This document shows, piece by piece, positions 54,601 to 64,000 of a stretch of DNA of 64,000 nucleotides (positions within the stretch are counted from its first letter, which is position 1; each line of letters opens with the position of its first letter). The translations under genes were made by a program, and so were the position numbers. Location of the stretch: contig OX597832.1 in assembly GCA_951406725.2 (NCBI GenBank), positions 13,330,001-13,394,000 of the forward strand, written 5' to 3'. Origin of the DNA: Octopus vulgaris (taxonomy: Eukaryota). The notes under the pieces are model-generated. The model was not told where the DNA came from, did no database searches, and was given only the letters and a program-made list of their open reading frames with translations.

Positions 54601-55956
54601 CTATATTTCAGGATGATAATTTTGTTCTTGCTAAATAAACACACGCACTACATATTCGGTCTCCACTTGTGTACTATTGTTATTACTGTATGTCCATTGT
54701 CTAAATATCTTTCTTCACACACCTGTTTTCCATCGCACGTGACTCTTCCAGCTCTGTTTAGTCCATTCTCAGTACATATATATGTATACATATATATGAG
54801 GTAATGAGAGTTAGCGGTTGGAATAAACGTCTAAGAGATAAGGATATCCGTTATAGTTGCCGGTATGAATTACCTGTGGTAACTCTGGGCATGGGTATGC
54901 AACCATGCTATGCTCATACGATACAAGTAATAACAGATTAAACAAGAGTTTATCAGGAAACGAATTTAAAATACATATATATATATATATAAAAGAACGG
55001 ATGACTAATGTCAGTTAACTACAACTATTTATAACACATTTTAAGAAGATGAATGAATGCATTACATCATAACAAAGAACAGTTATCAACAGATGATACA
55101 TAGAATTTCAAACAATAGAAGACCAATCTATGACCACAATGGGAACACAGCTTGACTCAGCCCAAGCTGGCTTGGAATGAGAGAAAGAACATAAAGCTAT
55201 AATAACCATTAAAAGATCTAGAAAGACATTAACTGTTTAGTCTGTGGATATTCAAAAGTACGGCTTAATTTATGGATAAATGATAGATGAAAGTCTAATT
55301 TATTATCGATCAAAGTTTCACTATTCCAACATTTCAATATTTCATACAACTCCATACAGCATAGTCTGCACAAGTTTCTGCTGTTCGTATATGGTTTTGC
55401 CACCCTGATTATGTCCCATTTTATATTGAATCTAGCGCTATCGTATTTAATCTCCTAAATCGGCGTGGCTAATAACGATCTATCTGCACTGTCTTAATTT
55501 AAAGGACGATAAATGCTTACATAATCGTTCTTTTAATTTTCCGGAGCAACCTATATAAACATAAGTAGCATGCTCTGTCCTCACATTACATACGTAAACT
55601 ACACTTTCCGTCATACAGTGACTAGAAGTGGACATACATTTTCCTCCAAGTAAATGCATCTATTTTTGGCCATGATTTAAATGTTATTATGAGAAACACT
55701 TTCACTACTATTATGCCCTATGGGATTACCATCTTAGGTGTTATCAATCTTCGTAAAACTACTACCAGACGGTGTATTATTGTTTCTAAGGTCGTGAACA
55801 TTAACATAATTTGCTACACTCGCAAAAAAGATATATGGGTTATGCATAGGATCATAATGGATTAAGTCATCAGAGTTTATCTTCGTTGGCTAGCGGATGG
55901 GTTGTATAGAACATTGGTTGTCCCCGTTAATGTTAACATTTTGTTCATTTGCATCA

Positions 55957-56011
<55 letters not shown>

Positions 56012-56872
56012 ATACAATGATTAAAGACAGACTCATACAAGATGAGGGCGTTTCTTATGTGTCCTAGAAAATAAGGGAATTCCTGCACTCTTCTTAGTGC
56101 TTTTTTGTCCAGGTGTAAGCTTCTTTATTTATCATTTGTTGATCTACAATTGCTCGAGAATAGCTCTTCAATAAAGTATTTGCGAATTCCTTTGTGAGTA
56201 AGGAAAATTATGGACTGAGATAGCATGAGAAAAGTGAGGTTTGGCAATGATTTTAGCGGGGATGTTTCAACGCAAACAGATTATTGAATGTACTCGATAC
56301 GCAGATTCAAACAAATTATTGTAATCCCTCATACCAAAACAGAGTAATTTAAGACTCGTTGACCGTGTGAGATATTATGTACCTATGATGTAGATCAAAT
56401 CGTAGAGTTTGTGGAACATTTTCAGAACAAATATCTAAAAGTAAAACATAGACATTGAGCAGCATACATTGGAGTAAACTTAGTAAAAACTAAAGTTTGG
56501 CAAGTAGGAAGGGAGACAGCATGAATAAAATAGCAAAGCCTACTATAGAGAAACATAGCAGGTATGGAAGAGTGTGTGCTCCCGAGTGTACTTGTGTGCG
56601 TGTGTGCGCATACGCAAGAAGGCGTTTCCATGAATGTACGTATATGTTATTACTTAAGTATCAACTGACTGTCAGAGAGCACTGCATTCTGTAGGTTAGT
56701 TGTCATGAAACATTTCTTTAAATTTCTCTTTTTGTGAGCGTGTAAGTGTATACACACACGCTCACTAAAGGAGAACACACACACATGCACAAGCACACAG
56801 ACACATCGGCATTTATATACATATATACATGTACATATATGTATATATATATACATTACTTTTATACATACA

Positions 56873-56904
<32 letters not shown>

Positions 56905-59083
56905 CATATATATATATGTGCATATATTTACATTTGCCTATATATCTATCTTGTTATCTCTTTATCTAATTATATATATATGTATATATAGATAGATAGA
57001 AATGTGTATGAGTGTGTGTGTGTATGTGTGTATGTGTGTATGTGTACAATAATGTTTGTATATTCATGTATATATACATATCCTTAAGAATTTTGAAGGT
57101 GCCACCATTGTGACAATAACAGCTAGCATTTCAACATCAATCATTCTTTTTTATATATATATATATATATATATTATTGTAGATTTGCAAAACAAAAATT
57201 ATCATGTAATCGTAGAAGAAAAAGCACGTGTCCTTTTGTCTCTTTCAGTTTCATCACAATGATAAAGAACAAGTGATGAAGTATATATTTTACTTGTCTG
57301 ACAGTGAAGTTATACATTATAAATGATGTGTTTGTGACTGCATTCTTTACTAATGATGACGAATGGATTTAGGTTTCAACATAATATATCATTTCCTTCA
57401 TGTCATATATCTTCATACAATCAACAAGAGGAATTGCTTCAGGAAGATGATAGAGAGGGTTCACAGTTTTACTTGTTTTGATTTTGTCTTTGATGTTCCT
57501 GAAGTCAGTTTTTTCCTATCAGACCTATGATCGCCGGTGCTTCTGTTGCGATCATCACGATATTTTTATCGGCATCTAAGATTAATATAAATAATCTCAC
57601 CTTATATATATAATCTCGCATTTTAGCTGTAACTTTCTGTTTTCAATTAGATTTCGGTTCTATTTCTGATAATCTTGTGTATCCAAGTAGAGGCGCCCTT
57701 GTTAGTCAAAGATTAACAGGCTGAAGTTTCCACACAAATTTCCTCAACTCGAATACATTTAATATTCATCCTCTAAGGCATTGCAGAATAAATCTATCTT
57801 CTGCTTCCAGATTAATAATCTAGAATTAATATGAACGAAATCATCATTCCTGACATTTCAACTCTACAACTTTACAACCGTTTCCTGAAGTAATACAACC
57901 GGAGCGTTCAAACTGCTAGAAACATCAATCACATCTCTCTCCATTCATATTCTACGGCGTTAAAACATTATTACACTTTGTATAATTTGATACGCTATGT
58001 ATCAGCATAGAAATATGAGCGAATGTTGAGCATTTCATATGATTTCATATGTTGTGAAATAACAGCTGAACTGGAATAAGGTCATTAATTACAACAGGTT
58101 ATTAACGTAAATATTATATTAACGTAATAATATATTTCAAGTAGGTTGTTTGCTAGCTTGTAAGTTATTACTTTCTATTTGTATAATACGCAGTGATCAC
58201 TGGAAATGATGAGATTTAGATTAAGCGGCAGCGTCAATGAAAATGTAACTTAAACTCTTGAAGATGTGAGAATCCAAGTAAAGCCTGACGGATAAAACTT
58301 TGTGGCCAAATATGTCGTAGCTTTCATCTTCACCCATTTTTTAAATTGATAATTCAGGGATATTGTTTCTTATTTCACATTGGCTTCATTGTCTCCCTGA
58401 GAAACTATTTAGTTGCATTTCGGAGATTAGTGCAGGCAGGCAAAATTACTTGTGTCATAATCTGTTTCATTGTGTTCTATTAACCAAACGATTCCCGAGA
58501 AGTAGTCTAGCATTGCGCTTTCTCTATCTCTGTCCTACAAGTAATCTTTGATGAGTTTTAGTTCCTGAGTATATGTTTTCACACTATCGAAGGGGTAAAT
58601 TTCTAGAATGACATCACCGCAGAGAGGACGTAAATTATGCTTAATTTCAGCAGCAGTATTTATTATGATGTCAATTTATTTTTCTGAAACCTGTTCAGTG
58701 CGTTTCTTCATTTAGGTGCGAAAATATTCTCTAATGTCAGAAACACTGCAATCAGTCTTTGTAGCCGCATAGACACAACGAAGAATGAAAGGTCCATCAA
58801 AGGAATTCGTGGTTAATGTAAGAATGAATTCTGTAATAGAGTTAATAATATCTACGGCATAAGCAACAAATAAGATTACTTTCACAATTTTCTCCTTACA
58901 GGTAGAGGCAGGATTTTATGACTCTTAAGTTTACAGAATTTGCCAGTCGGGGCTCTTGGAAAGCAGGGATGTTTGGTAGAAAATGTAGACTTGTAGGCGA
59001 GAAAGTATAAGGAATTTACTGTATCTTATGAAAGTCATTTTGCGTAGAATATCATTAGATAATTTCATTGCATGCACATCAAA

Positions 59084-59436
59084 TAACATCATGTACTAGA
59101 AAAATAGCACGATTTAGGGGCTTTTCGTATTTAAATATGAGCTCATGTAGGGAATCTTAGTGTAAATTAGTGTGACTTAAGCGTTGCGTTAGTACATATT
59201 TCATCAAAAGTTTTACAGCTATTTCCTCTTTCGACTGTGAAGGACTTTCTCAATAAATCTCCTCCGTGCTGATGCTCTAAATGGCTAGAGTGATATTATT
59301 ATTTTTCTTTTAATTACGGAGTTTGACGACTTCTAAGTAACATCATGTACTAGAAAAATAGCATGAGTTAGGGGCTTTTCGTATTTAAATATGAGCTCAT
59401 GTAGGGAATCTTAGTGTAAATTAGTGTGACTTAAGC
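59084..59436. repeat. 99-bp direct duplication enclosing an 80-bp copy of 61746-61825
   Basis: 59084-59182 matches 59338-59436; 59178-59257 matches 61746-61825. Confidence 0.92.
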
Positions 59437-59439
59437 TGA

Positions 59440-59560
59440 AATACACACGAATTTAACAGGTATTATTAAATCCCCTCCACGTCTTAATTTGTACAACGAT
59501 AACACATTCAATTTCTTATAAAGGTTCCTTGTATAGATCGTAATGATAATATAGCAATTA
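59440..59560 (-). mobile_element. CR1/L2-type LINE C-terminal remnant
   Basis: KKLNVLSLYKLRRGGDLI resembles the L.L.SL..RR.RGDLI motif. Confidence 0.55.
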
Positions 59561-59810
59561 ATATCAGGTTCAAACAGAAACTTTCGCCTGCAACTGCGAC
59601 ACAAGTACCAAAGTAAGCCCGGCATGCAAGTAACCCACCTTCAATGTTTTCACCAGGGAATCAAAGGTTAGGACGCTATGAAAGCAGCAATTGCCACTAA
59701 GAAGTAGATAAAAGTAATTCATTAGCACTGCTTGGACAAATCTTCAAGGGAGAGCATAAAAATCTTCTACAATAAATCTGCTCGATTCCTCCGTATATTT
59801 AATAGCATTA

Positions 59811-60030
59811 AGGCGACGAGCTGTCAGAACAATTAGCACGCCGGGCAAAATGTTTTGCGCCATTTCGACCGTCTTTGCCTTTTGAAATCAAATGCCCCAA
59901 CGAAGTCAACGTGGCATGTCACTTTTTCGGAGTCGAGAGAATAAGTACTAGTTTAACACTGGGCTCGTTGTAATCGACTTAACAGCTACTCCCAAATTGC
60001 AGGCCTCGTGCCAAATATTGAAAGCAATAT
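59811..60030 (+). mobile_element. Diverged Deu/Nin-domain SINE
   Basis: GGCGACGAGCTGTCAGAA..TTAGCACGCCGGGCAAAATG head; ATAAGTACTAG..TAATCGACT. Confidence 0.78.
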
Positions 60031-60038
60031 TTAATGAC

Positions 60039-60076
<38 letters not shown>

Positions 60077-60079
<3 letters not shown>

Positions 60080-60194
60080 ACGTGATCACGTGACCGGCCA
60101 GGCTATCAGATGCTGCTAAACATCGCTGGTCACAATGCGCTTCGCATTGTTTTTAGCCTTGGAATGACGCCACCTCGCTGGCTAAGCGAGCAGG

Positions 60195-60197
<3 letters not shown>
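60077..60197. other. 121-bp highly structured GC-rich cassette inserted in (TA)n
   Basis: At least five complementary segment pairs, including a pseudoknot arrangement (see findings). Confidence 0.6.
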
Positions 60198-60233
<36 letters not shown>

Positions 60234-60334
60234 GTGTGACTATGACAGCATATCCAGGATTGTACTACACATTAATTTCCTAATAGGTTCCTGCTCCTCC
60301 TCCACTCTTCATCCTGCACGACCAACACCACATC

Positions 60335-60365
60335 TTCATCATCATCATCATCATCGTCATCGTCG

Positions 60366-60397
<32 letters not shown>

Positions 60398-60480
60398 GTC
60401 GTCATCATCATCGTCATTATCGTCATCATTATCGTCATCATCGTCATCATGCTGCTGCTGCTGCTGCTGCTGTTGTTGCT
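60335..60480. repeat. (CAT/CGT)n-(GCT)n microsatellite
   Basis: Directly visible; explains the poly-H/poly-D ORFs. Confidence 0.95.
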
Positions 60481-61160
60481 GATGTCGTTTACTTCTTCTT
60501 TTCTTCTTTTTCTTCGTCAACTTCTTTACTTCTTCACTTGTTCCTCTTTTTCATTTACTATTCTCTTCAGTTTATCCTCCTCCTCATCCCTTCCACATTC
60601 TCAAATATTCCACAATCGACTGAAGCGAAAGTATGAGCGTCTATGTATGTATAAATATGCGTGTGTTTATCCATATGTATGTTCTACTAGTCATGACAGA
60701 TAAGGACACGCATTCATTAAGGTACGTATCATCTAGATCAACATATGTCGTAAACAGAATATTAAGGCTTAAATAACACACACAAACAATAGACAGGCAC
60801 ACGCACAAAAATCGCACAAATTAAGACATACACACAAACACACAATCACACTCATACACCGCCACATAGACACATGTCAAGCACACACAAACATATTCTC
60901 TTTCTCTCGCTCTCCGGTACTAGACACATTAAAAGGGATAGTGCATAAATGAATACGTGTGTATATGTGTGTGTGCGTGCGTGTGTTTGTGTGTGAGGGA
61001 GGAAGGAGAGAGAGGAAGAGGAGGAGAGAAAGAAAGAGAGAGAAAGAGATCTAGTGTGTATGTATACGTGTGTGTGTTATACGTGTATGTAAAGTTGTAT
61101 GTTTTTAATATCTACATATATAAAACATGTGTGCTTACGCGTGTGTGTATACAGATATAA

Positions 61161-61290
61161 GTATGGCTGTGTGTATGCGTTTCCATGTGTATATCTATAG
61201 ATATAAAACGTATATGTGTATACATATATGTATGGCTGTATGTATGTGTTTGCATGTGTATATCTATTGATATAAAACGTATATGTGTAT
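61161..61290. repeat. ~68-bp tandem duplication
   Basis: GTATGGCTGT..GATATAAAACGTATATGTGTAT occurs twice. Confidence 0.85.
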
Positions 61291-61949
61291 GTATGTAAGC
61301 GTGTGGTTGTATGTTTCTATGTATATTTTGTTTGTCTTATCTCTGCCTTACGTTTTGTTTTGCTAATAATCTACCAAGTTTTATATTACAATGAACACTG
61401 TAAAACTGTCGTAATATTATCTGTATGAAAGCCTATATATGCGTATTAGTTTTTGCTGCATTGTTTTAATTATTTACAAAAGAATATTATTGAGATTGCT
61501 GTTATACCCGCCTTTTCTTTTCTTTTCTCTTGTTTCCCAAGTTTCAAGTTTCCCATCTGTGAAGTAAGGTTTTTATTTCGAAAATTATAAAACGATATAC
61601 AGGCCTGTGAGATTGTTCTCTGTTTCGGTTTTATATAACACAACCTAAGTATGTGATAAGGTTCTTGTTAATAGTCATTTTATAAACAAAAATTCTTATT
61701 GTTTTCAGATTTGGTGTAGTACCATCATATGTCGTATGTATGTGATAAGCGTTGCGTTAGTACATATTTCATCAAAACTTTTACAGCTATTTCCTCTTTC
61801 GACTGTAAAGGATTTTCTCAATAAAATTTATGTATGAAAGATATTCCATTGTCGATAATTCATATTGTCTTTTATGCTTAGTCCAGGCATTAATTCCAAT
61901 GCTCTACACCCTGTCCATTTTCGTTGTGTTTTTATATTTTTCCTTCTAC

Positions 61950-62121
61950 CTGTTTCAGTCATTTTACTGTGGCCACGCTGGGCACTGCATGGTGAAACAC
62001 GGACATAAAACACGTACATAAATCTCTCTCTCTCTCTATTTCTTTCTCTCTCTCCATTTCTTTCTTTCTCTCTCTCTCTCTCTCTCTCGCTATATATATA
62101 TATATATATATATTTTTATAT

Positions 62122-62157
<36 letters not shown>

Positions 62158-62290
62158 CGGATGTCTCAGTTTCCGTCTACCAAATCCACTCAGTAGTCTC
62201 TTGTAAACCAAAAACTACAATAGAAGACACTTGACCGGACTGAACCCGGAACCATGTGGTTGGTAACTAAGCTTCTTACCACACAACTAC
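61950..62290 (-). mobile_element. Diverged CORE-type SINE with internal (GA)n/(TA)n
   Basis: CAGTTTCCGTCTACCAAATCCACTCA..GACTGAACCCGGAACCATGTGGTTGGT. Confidence 0.78.
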
Positions 62291-62740
62291 GACATTTTGC
62301 ATCAAGTTTGCTTGCATTATATTACGTACTCATAATTTGTTAAAAAGTGTATGCAATTGATTGAGATTTCTTATTCATAAAAGTCCGAGCATTAATAGAA
62401 GTAATTCCCGAAGGATGGAATCACTTTGCTCATCAAGTGTTTCTTTAGTTAAAAAAAAGGAAGAATTATACGATTTGTTTTACTTAGGCTGTTTGTCTAT
62501 TTCATATTTTCTCTCCTGTCTACTTTTATACGGTTTTCGCTTCCTATTAAGATTATATGTAATATGTATATTTCTATTCTAAATTTTATTTTTGTTTCAA
62601 AAAGCAACATAGCGACATAGCTTCGAATTACTTGAACATACAAATTTTACCTGTAATGAACGTATGTATGTGATTATTGATCTAGTTATTGCCAATTTGT
62701 CCTAAGCTAGCAGTAACTTTAAGACATTTTTTCTCAAATA

Positions 62741-62953
62741 TATAGGGTGTTCAAAACGTCTCTCTGCAGTAATTTTTTATTATTATAAGGTAAATATTTA
62801 TAAGATGGTATAAGACTGCAAAATAATATATTAGACTGTACAAGATTTATAAGAGGTGTTGAAAGCGTCTTCCTCCATTTTCAGTACATAAGTTGACTAT
62901 TCTACACATTTTTGAAAACATGCGCAGGATGAAAATAATTTGAACACTCTGTA
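62741..62953. mobile_element. Tc1-like MITE
   Basis: TATAGGGTGTTCAAA ... TTTGAACACTCTGTA terminal inverted repeats with TA ends. Confidence 0.6.
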
Positions 62954-64000
62954 TTTTATCACAAAATGAAATAGTGATAATTTCCCTGCTTCTTTCGATG
63001 GTAACATTTTATCTAAGGAGGAATTGTGCTCGACAAAAAGACCGATTTCCTAGTCGCCACGTGATCTATTTCCCGTCCTCCATGTAGACAATATCCTGTT
63101 CGCCATTCTGTGTTTTCTAACTAACTGTTAGCTACATACCAATATCAAACCACAACACAGCGTGAACTTCCTCGACCAATCGCAGCCCACTTTACGGTAA
63201 TAACAATCAGCTTTTTTCATTCAAATTCAAAATGGCTGTCGACTAGCTTCACGCATGAAGCTCAATATTTTTTTATTATATTATATTATAATATATTATA
63301 AAATATTATGATTTATATACATTTTTACATACATGTATATTATTTGCAAACCTGTAGAGGCGTATGTTTTTAAACAAATTTATAGGTAAATATGCGTAGG
63401 CATTCATATTTCATACGTTCAATTATCTTATAGTTCAGAAAGGAAAACAGATAAAGCGTAATATATTGGTTTGCAATGACAGAACAGTTGCGTTTTTATA
63501 TGAACGCTATGAGATTACGTTTTTGTAATATAAGCATTCATTTTTATATTCCGTTTTCTCTTTTCCTGCTAATGATTTATACAATAATGAGTAAATGTGT
63601 CACGAATTTGCTCTTTTAAAATGAGTTTATCCCACACCCACGTCAGATACTGCATACATTATAAATTCAAAAGTGGTTCCTCAGTAATAAAAGGGGCAAT
63701 AAATATGTGTTGTGTCTAGTGAAATGAAATATATGCCAACGTTGCTTTAGCAAGTTCTAGTTGGGAGATAATTCATCCAGTGACTCTTTGGATGGAGACG
63801 ACGAAGTTTTGGCTTCTTATAACAGTTTGTTGAGAAAATTCTCAAGCAAACTGCATGGAATTTGGCAAAACAGTTCACACTTTGACCATAAAAATGTCAT
63901 GGACTTGGAAAATGTCTAAATTTTGTCACTGCCCTCACAATCTCACTAATTATCATCTTAATCAAAGTTACTTCCTGATAATCATTGAAGAATAGACATG

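Noticed and set aside
57525-57575. Possible 51-nt minus-strand exon (DADKNIVMIATEAPAII)
   Set aside because: Weak donor (GTCTGA); exon 40826-40778 is a better partner for the 31545 acceptor
60140-60195. Pistol-ribozyme-like UUAGCC..GGCUAAGCG
   Set aside because: P1, the conserved A-rich linker and the P2/P3 arrangement of pistol are missing

Overview
This is AT-rich eukaryotic genomic DNA, almost certainly from an octopus (cephalopod), judging by dense (TA)n/(CA)n/(TAA)n/(GAA)n microsatellites and three recognisable tRNA-derived SINE families. Nearly all ORF-track entries are microsatellite artefacts. Most of the window is transposable-element debris: SINEs, Penelope-like retroelements (GIY-YIG and RT fragments plus five minimal hammerhead ribozyme motifs), a decayed R4/Dong-type LINE next to (TAA)n, Tc1/mariner fragments, MITE/foldback elements, a Helentron-type element and a poorly characterised transposase family. 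Three things stand out. (1) A three-exon minus-strand gene, missed by the ORF track, splices in phase into a 78-aa signal-peptide-bearing micro-protein (40823-30768). (2) Head-to-tail SINE arrays share base-identical junctions, suggesting a site-specific SINE-into-SINE or concatemer amplification system. (3) Several compact structured RNA/DNA cassettes are inserted in (TA)n. All calls were made by eye; no database searches were run.
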